64,000 nt of DNA from Octopus vulgaris (GCA_951406725.2 OX597826.1:47926001-47990000); one strand, 5' to 3'; numbered from the stretch's first letter, positions 39,330 to 52,831 are shown. Notes: generated by a model not told the origin, from the letters alone. Translations and numbers: made by a program.

Positions 39330-40730
39330 AAATGTGATAATATATCAAAATTTTCGAACTGTGAGAATGATATTTGTCTTCAATAATTCTATTCACAGTT
39401 ATTTGTTTCTTCAACACAGAAGATTTCCATTCACATCATTATCGCCAATTCACACTAACAAACTATAGTAAATTTTTCATACAAGTTCTGTTTTCTTTTT
39501 TTTTATAATTTTTCTTTTCTTTTTTTGCATTAAATTTATGAATTAATAGCTTAGAACCTGGAACTGTTTTTAATGCTGACTTAGGAGGAATAAATGAGAA
39601 AAAAATTGCCGAGTAAATAATTAATAAGAATATTGTCGAACAATCATTATAATTTGTGAAGATTATTCAGCAGGATGCTGAAATCTTAAAGCAATGATCA
39701 AGTAAGTTTAATTCCTGTATGTTGTAGATTTCTCGCTTGGTTTATTTCAGTAATATCTACGGGTGCATTTCAAAAATTACCTTTCATTGCTTGTAGGATT
39801 TAGAGCACTTTGGCAAAAAGACATCGTCATTTACAATTCCTCAAACACTATAATTGGTAACTTTCCACAAACGGCATTCGTTATCCAGCTGGTAAAATGC
39901 AGAAAATAACTGGCAACATTTTGAACCGTGGTCTGTGTTTGAGCAAAACTAGAGAGAAAAATCAGCAATAAGCCTTTCTGTCGTTGACACAGTCTTTTCT
40001 TTATTTTCTACAAGGGCTCAGAGACACTAAAATACGAAACTTTTATAAGGAGTTTCAAATAAAAAACAAAATTAAAATGTGAATTGTGAAAGGCAAATTT
40101 ACTAATTCGAAAGGAAATGATGTATTAAGCTTTTAAAAATACATTGAGATTTCATAGACAGAAAAAATATAATATACATTTAAAAGGAGAGTAAAAATGG
40201 GAGAACAGATTGAGTTTGGGCTCTCAACAACCTTAAACGACAATCAATTATCGAATTGGTTACAAATGTAGCCAAATGCACCAGTAAGGATTTTTAGGAC
40301 ATTTGATGTTAAAAAACCCATCTTCAGGGTATGCTTACCGAAGTTCAATATGATATCTTAGTTTCAATGCCAATTCAATCTGCCAACAAACTATTGTAAA
40401 TTTTTCATACAAATTTCCCGTTTTCTTTATTTTCTTTTCCTTTTTACATTAAATTTATGAATTGATGCCCTAGAAGATGGAATTGGTTTTAATGTGGACT
40501 TAGGAATAATAAATGAGAAAATCTAACAATCTATCGTTTGCATTTTGCCAATATTCTGAATCTAACAGTTTTTGTGACATTCTAACTTCTTTTGACTGTC
40601 TGTGACTCTGCAGATGCGTAGTTCTGTCTATCAATTGTTTCTTCGATATTTGAATAGCAAAGAGTTTTAGTGCATTTTCGTCATTATTTTTTTTTAAGAC
40701 TGGGGGCATCGTTGTTATTTGGAACAAATT
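39330..40730 (-). mobile_element. Old Penelope-like remnants with a diverged direct repeat of about 140 bp
   Basis: 39460-39605 and 40388-40522 are homologous; degenerate CTGAAGATG...CATCAAATGTC hammerhead-like motif on minus at 40298-40327. Confidence 0.35.
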
Positions 40731-41511
40731 TTCCCTGATTTTATTTCTTTACATTGAATTTTTTAAATTTTTTAATGAGTCTTTTCTGTTTTCTTTTCAT
40801 GTTTCCACTGAAACATTTTCATCTGCAACTATTATTTCTCCCCCACTACAAGATGATGGAGCGGTACTACTGGTTGGTCCTATTAAGATTTGAGACACTT
40901 TTTCATACTGGTTTCACTCTTGCCATCCTTAGAATTTTGGCTGATAGGGTTCTGGTAACTGGAGTGCGCTAGGTTTATTTACCTATTTTATAATTATGCA
41001 TGTTTTATAGTGATTTAACTGAGTTTTGTTTTCCTTTTTAGCTTAATTCTTCCAGGAATTCGACCCAGAGATGATTCTTACCACAACAAATATAACAACT
41101 AAGCTTTCTATTTTGCATAACTAATCCTCTATGTTTTGCTGCTGTCAACTAGGCTCAGTTCTGATATGACTATGTGCTTTTTGGGAGTCATTAGCACTTT
41201 CAAATCCATTTCGATGCACTTTGACCATGCATCACCATTTGTAACCTTCCTTTGACCTCTCGCTCATACAATGATACAAAAGTAATTTCTAGACACAGAC
41301 CTATTTTGATTCTGATGTCTCTTCTCTTCAGTTTCGTAATTCTTCGACCCATGTACTGGAGTACAGTTGTATAGCCTAAGATATGTTTAATAATTTTAGC
41401 CTGCGTTCTGGCTGAGTTTTCAGTGTTGAGAGTACAGCAGAGTGTCACCGTATTTGTCTTTTTCACTGATGAGAATAACTCCCGATATACATTGAAAAGC
41501 TTGTACTATTT

Positions 41512-41725
41512 ACTCTCTTTACTCTTTTACTTGTTTCAGTCATTTGACTGCGGCCATGCTGGAGCACCGCCTTTAGTCGAGCAACTCGACCCCAGGACTT
41601 ATTCTTTTTGTAAGCCCAGTACTTATTCTATCGGTCTCTTTTTGCCGAACCGCTAAGTGACGGGGACGTAAACACACCAGCATCGGTTGTCAAGCAATAC
41701 TAGGGGAACAAACACAGACACACAA

Positions 41726-41758
<33 letters not shown>

Positions 41759-41918
41759 CGACAGGCTTCTTTCAGTTTCCCTCTACCAAATCCACTCACA
41801 AGGCTTTGGTCGGCCCGAGGCTATAGCAGAAGACACTTGCCCAAGATGCCACGCAGTGGGACTGAACCCGGAACCATGTGGTTGGTAAGCAAGCTACTTA
41901 CCACACAGCCACTCCTGC
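41512..41918 (-). mobile_element. Young full-length SINE family B
   Basis: Nearly identical to 45181-45566; possible short TSD CTATTTA. Confidence 0.95.
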
Positions 41919-42599
41919 GTCTATTTAACGCAAGGAAAAATTAAAATTTAATCCAGTTACATCTTTTCCATACATAATTCTTTTCCCGTTTTCTCTCCAC
42001 GATTAGCTCCTGTGGCAAAGAAATTCCGTTCCGTTTGTTACGTCTTTTAAAAACTCACTTCTTTTGTCTTGTAACTGAGATAGCTCTAAAAATTCTTTAT
42101 GAAGGAAGGATTTGCATTAACACCACTATCTTTTGAATGAATTATACTAACTAACCCCACATCTGTTATCGTTACTACTGTCGCTATTTGCTATTTTACC
42201 TGTTTGAGAGTTTGAGATATTTTTTATTACTTATTCACTAAACTGTTAATTTTCCTCTTCTTGTTGTATATTCATATGTGTTTTTTTTTATTCTGTAAGT
42301 TTTTCTTATTGCAATGTTGACTTGTTTAGCATAAATGCTTTTGGGTGTGAAAATGTAGAGTGTGTAAATAAAATTTTATAAGTTTTGCAAAATAAATTGT
42401 TTGTTTTATCTCACATTCAACACACCGCGGTATTGAGGACAGGTTTTACTTAGGTAATACTAGTCTTTTTTTTCTTTTTCTTTTTTTGCGAGTACTGAAA
42501 TTCTATTTGGTAATACTAGAACAAAATTTTACCTAGAGAGAAGAAAAAACATACCTTCACATGATGAGAAACAAATATAATAACAGTAATAATAATAAT

Positions 42600-42692
<93 letters not shown>

Positions 42693-43882
42693 CTTAAAGC
42701 ATGAAAACAAGACGTCCTACTCAATAACAAAACAGGCGAGGAAATATCTAAGTGAATTCTAAATACATCTAATCCCAGAATTAGACGTACTGGAAATATG
42801 CACAGAAAAAGCTAAACATGAAAAGCCTTTTTAAAACTGCTGCCTTAGATATTCTTTCTGACAAATAGCCAGAAAAACGTTTCGATGGCAAATACCCCAA
42901 AAGGGCTAATAATGCTGATGTTGACAAAGCCTTTATCCATTAACAGTTAGTGTCATCTGGCTTAAAATCATAGACGGAGGGGTTTATCAATGCCTACCTA
43001 CAAGAAGCTACCAGGCCAACATCTTAAAGAACGGCAGTAGCCCATGTCGTGTATGTAAACAGCAGACTGAAACCATCAATTATGTTGTCTCCATGTACAG
43101 CCTTTTTGCGCTTACAGAGTATTTCAGCAGGCATGATAGAGCGGCACAGTATATTCACTGAATAATTTGCAAAAACCTGGAACTGCCCCATTATAAAAAC
43201 TGGTGGGAACACAGACCACCTTTAGTGCTTCAAAATGATCAGATACTGTTCCAACTGGCAGAAAGATAGATGCAAATATACCAGGCATTGCAGGATTTCA
43301 AACAAAAATCATGTTCCTCATTGATATGACTGTCCCAATCAACATAAATGTATCTGTCAAGACTTACCAAAAACTGAGCGAATACAAAGATCTTCAAATA
43401 GAAATTGGCAAACTGTGGAATCTCAAGACTAAAACAATACCTGTTGCCATAGGTGACCAAGGAATGATACCAAAAGAGGCTGATTGCGACCTACCTTAGA
43501 TACCAGGAAATCCAAAAATGGAAGAAATTCAAAAGATAGTGCTCATGGGATCTGCTCATATCCTACGAAAATATTGTCTATATAATTCCAAAAACATTTT
43601 AATCTGTGAACATTGTCAAAAATACTTTTAAATGTGCATAATAGCAAACACCTTTTTACTGTCATCTGATGATCTCAATATCATCTTATCGCCAAAGTAT
43701 TTTTTAAAAAAATTTGGAGTTTTCTCATATGTTGACAAACATTCTCTAGAACAATACACAGTGCAAAACTAAAACTATAGCACCCTAGTATTAACACCAA
43801 CTTGAACTTATAACTTGTCTCTTGAAGTCTCTAGGTGAGACTTTGAGTCAACTTGTACAACTACAAAGCAAAAACCAAACAC

Positions 43883-43883
<1 letters not shown>
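42693..43883 (+). mobile_element. 5'-truncated R4/Dong-like non-LTR retrotransposon in (TAA)n
   Basis: Decayed ORF: GKYPKR, SGLKS*TEGFI, CRVCKQQTETINYVVS (CCHC remnant), RHDRAAQYIH, FLIDMTVP..KLSEYKDLQIEIGKLW, EIQKIVLMGSAHILRKILSI*; (TAA)n at both ends. Confidence 0.92.
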
Positions 43884-43928
<45 letters not shown>

Positions 43929-43930
<2 letters not shown>

Positions 43931-44485
43931 GCCCTGATGCAGTACAAGGCAGTGGCTCTCATGGCTTCTGATCTTAACTGATTGGAAGTGTTATCATGTA
44001 CATTGTTTTGTCTTGGTATAAAAGATGGGCTACAGCAAATATTCTGCTCAATACCACAGATTTGCTTGTCAGTTGTTTGACCTTAACCAGTTGAGCATGT
44101 CCCTTAGTGGCTGACGATATGTGCATCTCTGATCACGAGCAGAAGTAGTGGGGGAGCATCATAGCCATGTGTTGAGAGGGATTATTTGGGGTTTGAATAA
44201 TTCACCTCTGGAAACATGGGTGGTTCTTTCAACATCCTTAAACAACCCTTATTCAGAGACCTTTTGAGCGGGATGGGCTACTCAACCTGAAGAAAATTCT
44301 AACTGGGCCCCACCTGCAAGGTCATGTGCTGTTTATCTTGATATGAGATCACCATGTCGCGCACATATGGTTGTGATGCATGTGCCTGGTGTACCCTTAT
44401 CAGACGGGTAGTCATGATGGGTATATTGGGCTTCGTATATTTTACCCCAGTGTCACTTTGATGGCATGCACTGCTCTCTCACTCA
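43929..44485 (+). mobile_element. Non-coding (TAA)n-associated interspersed element of about 555 bp
   Basis: Flanked by (AAT)n on both sides; homologous pieces at 1085-1202 and 49285-49390. Confidence 0.75.
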
Positions 44486-44502
44486 ATAATAATAATAATA
44501 AT

Positions 44503-45070
44503 TCTTTCAAATTTTGACTGAAGTCCATCAGTTGTGATGTGAGGATCAAGTCGATTATATTGACTCCAGTAATTGACCGGTAGTTTGTTGTTATGAACCA
44601 CGAAGGGATGAAAGGCAAAGGTGACTTTGACAGTATTTGAACTCAGCACCCAAAGAGTTGGAAGTAATGCTGCTAAGTTTTTTGTCTGATACGCTAACAA
44701 TTCTGCCAGATCGACGTCTTAATTAAAAATAATGAGAAAGAAAGAAAGAAAGAAAGAGAGAACAAAAGAAAGAAAGAATTGCCCACAACAGGATTTGAAA
44801 TCAGAACGTAAAGAGCCAGAACAAAGCATTTTTTCCGATACACTAACGATCCTGCCAGTTCACCTCTCTGATAGCTTATGATAATACTTTCTATTATAGG
44901 CACAAGGCCTGAAATTTTGTGCGAGGGGCTTGTTGATGACATTGATACCAGTACTCCAATGATACTTATCCCATCAATCCCGAAAGGATGAAAGGGTAAG
45001 CCGAGCTCGGTGGAAAAAGACATACGAAATAAGTAGGGATGCTAGCAATTCCGCTAGCTCATCGCCTTGC
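44503..45070 (-). mobile_element. Cluster of diverged SINE family A copies
   Basis: GAAGGGATGAAAGGCAAAG and GAAAGGATGAAAGG cores; tail B at 44888-44920. Confidence 0.8.
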
Positions 45071-45180
45071 CTTATGAGGATGGACTCCCCCGTCGACGAT
45101 GATGTGTGGGCGTTCAGCTTTTTGCCGAACGATTTGCACAAGTGATTTGTTTATAGTGTTCAAATGTTTGTGACACACGT

Positions 45181-45566
45181 TACTCTTTTACTCTTTTACT
45201 TGTTTCGGTCATTTGACTGCGGCCATGCTGGAGCACCGCCTTTAGTCGAGCAAATCGACCCCAGGACTTATTCTTTGTAAGCCCAGTACTTATTCTATCG
45301 GTCTCTTTTGCCGAACCGCTAAGTGACGGGGACGTAGACACACCAGCATCGGTTGTCAAGCAATGCTAGGGGGACAAACACAGACACACACACACATATA
45401 TATATATACATATATACGACAGGCTTCTTTCAGTTTCCGTCTACCAAATCCACTCACAAGGCATTGGTCGGCCCAGGGCTATAGCAGAAGACACTTGCCC
45501 AAGATGCCACGCAGTGGGACTGAACCCGGAACCATGTGGTTGATTAGCAAGCTACTTACCACACAA
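45181..45566 (-). mobile_element. Young SINE family B nested in a family D-related SINE (about 45085-45762)
   Basis: Near identical to 41512-41918; the flanks rejoin to match 37460-37695. Confidence 0.92.
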
Positions 45567-45799
45567 GCTCACTTTATCCTTCAAATTGACGTTGTCTGAA
45601 CAGGTGCACGGTGTACCACACGTCAGGTGTTGAAGTGATCGCATTGCAACGTGAGATGAAGTGTTTTGCTCAAGAACACAATACACTACCCGACCTAGGA
45701 ATTGAAACTACGATCTCACGGTTGCGAGTGCAACACCCTAAATACTAGGCTATGCGCCCTCAAGATGATAATAATGATAAAATAAATAAAAAAAAAGTA

Positions 45800-46045
45800 A
45801 AGTTACCTTCTCCAGCCATTACTGGTTCGTAAGGGCCAGTTTCCCGATTTCATGGCGTATGTATTCTCCACCAGGATAGGACACCGGTCCGTCGCAGGAT
45901 TACTCACTTTTGCCAGCTGAGTGAACTGGAACAATGTGAAATGAAGTGTTTTGTTTAAGAACACGAGTCATCCGGTCCAGGAATCGAAACCATAATCTTA
46001 CAATCATGGAACCAATATCCAAACCACTCAGCAATGCGCTTCCAC
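45800..46045 (-). mobile_element. SINE family D
   Basis: Reverse complement matches 12221-12468. Confidence 0.85.
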
Positions 46046-46054
46046 GATAATAAT

Positions 46055-46905
46055 GGTTTCAAATTTTGCCTGAATGGTAACAATTTGGGGGGAGGTGGTA
46101 CTTAATTTATCGATCCCAAAAAGATGAAAGGCAAAGTCGACCTCGGCGGAATTTGTACTCGGAACTTGCACATAGGCGAAGTGCTACAAAGCATTTCGCC
46201 CAGAGTGCTAACGTTTCTTCCAGCTCAACGCCTACCACAATGATAATCTTTTCTACTCGAGGCACAAGGCCCGAAATTTTGGGGAGGAGGTCCAGTCGAT
46301 TAGATTGACCCTAGTATGGAACTGGTACTTAATTTATCGACCCCGAAAGGATGAAAGGAAAAGTCGACCTTGGCGGAATTTGAACTCAGAACGTAAAAAT
46401 AGACGAAATAACGCTGAGCATTTCGCCCGGCGTGTTAACGTTTCTGTCAGCTCGCAGTCTTCCACAATAATAACCTTTTCTACTCTAAGCACAAGGCCCG
46501 AAATTTTGGGGGAGGGTGCCAATCGAGTAGATCGACCCCCAAGGCACAGCTGGTACTTAATTTATCGACCCCGAAAGGATGAAAGGCAAAGTGGACATCG
46601 GCAGAATTTGAACACAGAACGTAAAGACAACGAAATACTGCTTAGCATTTTGTCCGGCGTGCTAACGTTTCTTATTTCTTTATTGCCCACAAGGGGCTAA
46701 ACATAGAGGGAACAAGCAAGGACAGACAAAGGGATTAAGTCAATTAGATCGACCCCAGTGCGTAACTGGTACTTAATTTATCGACCCTGAAAGGGATGAA
46801 AGGCAAAGTCGACCTCAGCGGAATTTGAACTCAGAACGTAACAGCAGACGAAATACCGCTAAGCATTTCGCCCGGCGTGCTAACGTTTCTGCCAGCTCGC
46901 TGCCT
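46055..46905 (-). mobile_element. Tandem array of four SINE family A units (tails A and B)
   Basis: Four GGTACTTAATTTATCGA...GAATTTG(A/T)AC blocks. Confidence 0.92.
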
Positions 46906-47970
46906 TCCTTCCACAATAATAATAAAAGAACAATATTGTTTTCTGACAAAGTTGCAATACTTCAGTTTAGGGACCAGAAGTTAGTTGAAAATATCAACCC
47001 CTGTACATGACTGGTATCCCGAAATCTAAGTAGCAGGAGCAGTAGTATTATATATAGAGAGATATTTTGGCTCTCGTTCCTGGATAAAGTTAAACTGTCC
47101 TTACCTTTTATGGATAAATGATGAAGGTGCACCACATAAGAATTACTCATGCACCAAAACCTTCTGATGTGGTGTAAATGAGTTGCAGCTGCAATCTAAA
47201 TTTGCACCTTTAATTCTTCGAATTGTATTACTTACAGATTTGCAATGTATACCTGTAATATATATATAGAGAAAGAGGAGAGGTGAATATAATGCATAAC
47301 AATGTATGTGTGTGTGAATAGATGTGTTGAGCATGTGCGTATATATGTATGTGAGAGTATGTGTGAATTCATGTGTGTGCATGAGTGCGTATATATATAT
47401 ATATATGTATGTATTTGTGTGTGCATGTCTGTGGATGTATATGTGTGTGAATGTATGCATGTTGTGCATATATCTGTGTATGCGTGTATGTGTGTGGGTT
47501 GGAGAGTAAGTGCTCTACGACGTTGAATGTAGCAAAGTAAAACCGACCTGAATAATAATATGCAACAACAAGTACGGAATCTGGTCTATATAGATGGCAA
47601 CAACATTTATTTATTAACCAATACTACCAGGAGGAGGAGGGGAAGGGAAAGAAGGAGAAGAAGAAGAAGAAGAAGAAGAAGAAGAAGAAGAAGAAGAAGA
47701 AGAAGAAGAAGAAGAAGAAGAAGAAGACAACAGCATCAATCACCTGCACCACGTTGTTTTATTAATCTTAACCCGTATATGACCATTAAAAGAATGAAGT
47801 CTTAAAATTTCAATGTAGTCAGATCAAACGTCACGGCAAGATTTCACAATCTAGAAGAGAAGGACAGTATGCAACTGCCAGCTACGGGTGTCGACTATCT
47901 ACTGGACATTTCGTATGCTCGGTCAGATGCTTCCTGGCGAGTTCATGTCCAAACAAGTATGAGCAGGTTT

Positions 47971-48386
47971 AAGGCGGCGAGCTGGCAGAAACGTTAGCAC
48001 GCCGGGTGAAATGCTTAGCGGTATTTTGTCTGCGTTACGTTGTGAGTTCAAATTCCGCCGAGGTCGACTTTGCCTTTCCTCCTTTCGGGGTCGATAAATT
48101 AAGTACCAGTTACGCACTGGGGGTCGATGTAATCGACTTAATACCTATGTCTGTCCTTGTTTGTCCCCTCTGTGTTTAGCCCCTTGTGGGTAATAAAGAA
48201 ATAGGTATTTCGTCTGCGTTACGTTGTGAGTTCAAATTCCGCCGAGGTCGACTTTGCCTTTCCTCCTTTCGGGGTCGATAAATTAAGTACCAGTTACGCA
48301 CTGGGGGTCGATGTAATCGACTTAATACCTATGTCTGTCCTTGTTTGTCCCCTCTGTGTTTAGCCCCTTGTGGGTAATAAAGAAAT
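47971..48386 (+). mobile_element. SINE family A dimer inside one 16 bp TSD
   Basis: TSD AAGTATGAGCAGGTTT at 47955-47970 and 48387-48402; 184 bp unit repeated, junction 48203/48204. Confidence 0.95.
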
Positions 48387-48664
48387 AAGTATGAGCAGGT
48401 TTCGCGTTGCGAAAGCGCAACCAGGGGTATATATAGCTTTTAAGACAAAGATTCCAATTTTCCTCAATAGTTTTTGAGCACAGAAAGCTATTTTCTAACA
48501 GAACACCTCCTAGTATTAACTCCAATGCTTACTTTATGAATCACTGAAAGACGAAAACCCAGTCGTCATTACAGCATATCAGCTAAATATGTAAACGTCT
48601 TTAAAAAAAACAATGTAAAAGTCTATAGTTTTACCTGATTTTACCTGATTTGTCTACGAATTTT

Positions 48665-49470
48665 AAGGTGGCGAGCTGGCAGAATCACTAGCACGCCGGA
48701 CAAAATACCTAACTGCATTTTGTCCGTCTTCACGTTTTTTGGTCGAATTCTGCCGAGATGAATTTTTGCCTTCTAACCTTTCCAGGTTGATAAAATAAAT
48801 ACTCGGGTTGATGTAATCTACTTAGCCCCACCCACACGCCCGAAATTGCTGGCCTTGTGCCAAACTTTGATGCCAATATGTCTACTAGCTTTCATGTTTA
48901 ACGATAGCGTCTAATAAAGTCAACGGGCTTGAAATTTGAGAGGAGGGCCATTTAGTACATCACTAATACTCTTTTTTATCCAGTTTTGGAAGGATAAAAG
49001 TTAAAGATGGCCTTCGCGGGAATGGAACTGAAAACATAAAGAGCTGGAATTGGAATAAATTCTGTAAGGCATTTTGTCCAACGCTTCAACAATTCTTCCA
49101 ATCTCCCCCATTTTTAGGCATCTGAGACCTTGTATGTATATTAAAAATTATAAGGATGGGAAGTTGACAGAGTCATTAGAACATCAATCGAGATGATTTG
49201 CACGAACTGTTTTGAATTTGTATGTTCTTAGTTCAAATCCAGCACAAGCCAACTTCGCCTTTCATTAAATAAAGCATCAGTCAAGCTGGGGTACAAATAT
49301 CCGAAGCCCAATATACCCATCATGACTACCCGTCTGTTAAGAGTACACCAGGCACAAGTTTCACAACCTTATGTGCGCGACATGGTGATTGGTCGATACC
49401 GTCGACCCCAGTACGAAACAGGTACTTTATTTTGCCGAGTTCGAAAAAAATGAAACAGCAAAGCTGACTT
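48665..49470. mobile_element. Several diverged SINE family A pieces on both strands plus a fragment of the 43929-type element
   Basis: Head GGTGGCGAGCTGGCAGAATC at 48667; further cores near 48990, 49230 and 49400; GAAGCCCAATATACCCATCATGACTACCCGTCTG at 49303. Confidence 0.75.
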
Positions 49471-49477
49471 CAGTAAG

Positions 49478-50085
49478 GAAGAAGAAGAAGAAGAAGAAGA
49501 AGAAGAAGAAGAAGAAGAAGAAGAAGAAGAAGAAGAAGAAGAAGAAGATTATGATGATGATAATGACGACAATGATGACAATGGTGATGATGATTATGGT
49601 GATGATGATGACGACAACAATGATAAAGACAACAACGACGACGACGATGATGTCGATGATGATGATGATGATGATGACGATGACGGCGACGACGACGACG
49701 ACGACGATGATTTCCGGTGTCATAGTCGTGCGAATGTTGAAGTATGAAAAGAAAAGACAAAACAAAATAAAGAAAGAAATTAATTAAACAACAACAAAAA
49801 AATTATTACAAATCTTAATAACTGCAAGCAAAAATTATTGATCTGCTAAAGTAAATTATGTCCAAATATAGTAAATTATATAAAAATAAGGAGAAAAAAA
49901 AACAAAACAAAACAAAAAAAAACAAGATGTTATCGAGAACATTACAAAACACACTTCAAAGAAGAGAAGTTCTTTCTTTGTATGAAAACAATTAAAATAT
50001 TTTGATACAACTTTTAAATTGGTAGGTTTGCTGTTTTTAGCGATTAATTGGCAAATTTGTCAACTGCTGATACTACTAATACCAA

Positions 50086-50153
<68 letters not shown>

Positions 50154-50312
50154 TTACTGCTACTGCTACTGCTGCTGCTGCTGCTGCTTTGTATGTTTTA
50201 CTTTGTCTTTTGGTTTATATCACCATCATCATCATCGTCATCATCGTCTTCATCACCATCATCGTCTTCATCATAATCGTCCTCATCATTGTCATCATCA
50301 TTATCATCATCG

Positions 50313-50377
<65 letters not shown>

Positions 50378-50867
50378 TTCATCATCATCATTATCATCAT
50401 CATCATTATTATCATCATCATCGTCATTCGCCGTCATCGTCATCTTCATTGTCATTGTCGACGTAAGTGTCGTCGTTGTCATTCTCTTCGTCCACCTCCT
50501 CTTCAACATCATCATCATCGTCATAATCATCATCATCATCGACATTATCAGTAGCAACATTACTGTCATCATCATCATCCTCATCACCATCATCATCAGC
50601 AGCAGCAGCAGCAACTTCACTGTCCTCCTCCTCCTCATCCTCCTCCTCATCATCATCATCATCATCATCAACACCGTCATCAACAACGACAACAACAACA
50701 GCAGCAGCAATGACAACAATAACAACAACAGCAACAACAACGACAGCATCATCCTTCATCTTTAACTGCATTCTTCCTCGTTTCTCGGTGCTCATCCTAT
50801 TATTCCAGTCAGTTATATTGTTCTTTATCTTGTTCCACTGCTCTAATTACCATACTACCAGTGCGAC

Positions 50868-50941
<74 letters not shown>

Positions 50942-50970
50942 CGTAGTAAGGTAGTAGTAGTAGTAGTAGT
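49478..50970. repeat. Triplet repeat field: (GAA)n, (GAT)n, (CTA)n, (CAT)n, (TAG)n
   Basis: Directly visible. Confidence 0.95.
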
Positions 50971-51175
50971 TTTATTTTTTATTCATTTATTCACTCGGCT
51001 AATTAGCCAGTTAAGAAACTAAAACAATGATAACAGCAACAATAACAATCACAACCAGCAATCCAACACTAAACGCTAATACATACATATGCATATATAA
51101 ATATACATACATACACCTATATATATATATATATATATATATATGCGTCTGTGTGTGTGTTTGTATATATGTATA

Positions 51176-51219
<44 letters not shown>

Positions 51220-51340
51220 GTGTGGGGGATGGAAGCACTCCGTCGGTTACGACGACGAGGGTTCCGGTTGATCCGATCAACGGAACAGCCTGCTCGTGAA
51301 ATTAGAAATAATCTTTCTATTTAGTGTGTATGTGTATTAA

Positions 51341-51417
<77 letters not shown>

Positions 51418-51446
51418 GTATATATATATATATGTATGTATGTATA

Positions 51447-51735
51447 GCGCATGACTCAGTGGTTAGAGCTTCGAGCTTACAATCGTGAGGTTGTGAGTTC
51501 GAATCCCGGACCGGGCTGCGTGTTGTGTTCTTGAGCAAGACACTTTATTTCACGTTGCCCCAGTTCACTCAGCTGTAGAAATGAGTTGCAACGTCACAGG
51601 TGCCAAGCTGTATTGGTCTTTGTCTTTCCCTTGGATAAACAAGTTTCCATAAACAACCTTGCCCGGACTTGTGCCTGGGAGGGTAACTTTCTAGGTGCAA
51701 TCCCATGGTCAGTCATGACCGAAGGGGGTCTCAAC
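51447..51735 (+). mobile_element. SINE family D variant
   Basis: GCGCATGACTCAGTGGTTAGAG...GAGTTCGAATCCC head; TTGAGCAAGACACTTTATTTCACGTTGCCCCAGTTCACTCAGCTG core. Confidence 0.85.
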
Positions 51736-52800
51736 ATATTTATACTGTTATACACACAAACACATATGTAGATGTGTACATACATATATGTATGTATGTA
51801 TATATATAAACCATTTTATAAACAAACTTACTAACAACGAAAAAAACAAACAACAAAGCATCAACAACAACAATGACAACAACGATAACAATAACAAACA
51901 GAAAGTAATTCCACCACTCACGCAAAACAAAAAAGAAATTATATTTTAAAATATAAAAATTTAAAAAATTTAAAAAATTTAAATATCTGTGAAACAATAT
52001 AACTGTTCGGTTGTGTCAGAAACCTTATACATAATCTAGGTCTACAAATGTTTGCACTCGCGGAAGAAAATAAAAATCCCATGAGAAATCAAAATAAGAA
52101 TCAGTCTATAATTCCATATGAGAGAACTTGATAACAACAGTCAGATCTTTGTCTTTGTGGGTATATGTGTGTGTATTGCTTCTCTGTGTGTGAGTGAGAC
52201 AATGTGTGTGTGTGTTTCTTGGTGTATAAGAGTGTGTGGGTGTTGGTTTGACGTTACAGATATTTTATTTAGATATTATATTTCTTTGGGGATAATTTTT
52301 GAACCTCAGTTCTTCATTATATTCGAAGTTGAGATTTTGAGAATATTTTTAAAAAATTTCTTTGTGAATTTTGTTTCTTTTCCGGGGAGATATTTTTTGT
52401 ATTTTTTTTCTTTGTCTTAGCAAGAATGAAATGGTTACATAAAAGACTTTGCAGACACAGGCAACGCTGTGAGATTGAAACATTTGGTTTACATCAATAC
52501 AGACTAAGGTTCAGTCCCACGATGTGGCACCCAGAGAAAATGTCTTCATCAATGGCCCCAAGTGTCTGAGTGAATTTGGTAAACAGAAAATGAAAGAATG
52601 CCACTGAATATATGTATATATATGTTTATGTGCATGTATATATGTATGTATTTATATGTGTGTGTATGTATATGTGTGTATGTATGTGTATACATATGTG
52701 TGTGTTCACATATATATATATGTGTGTGTGTGTATATGTATATATATGTGTATATATATATATATGCATATATATGCATATATATATGCATATATATATG

Positions 52801-52831
<31 letters not shown>

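Noticed and set aside
41060-41466. Minus-strand CYICCGKNH zinc-knuckle-like motif and nearby 88 aa ORF
   Set aside because: Possibly a LINE ORF1 relic, but too degenerate to support a call.
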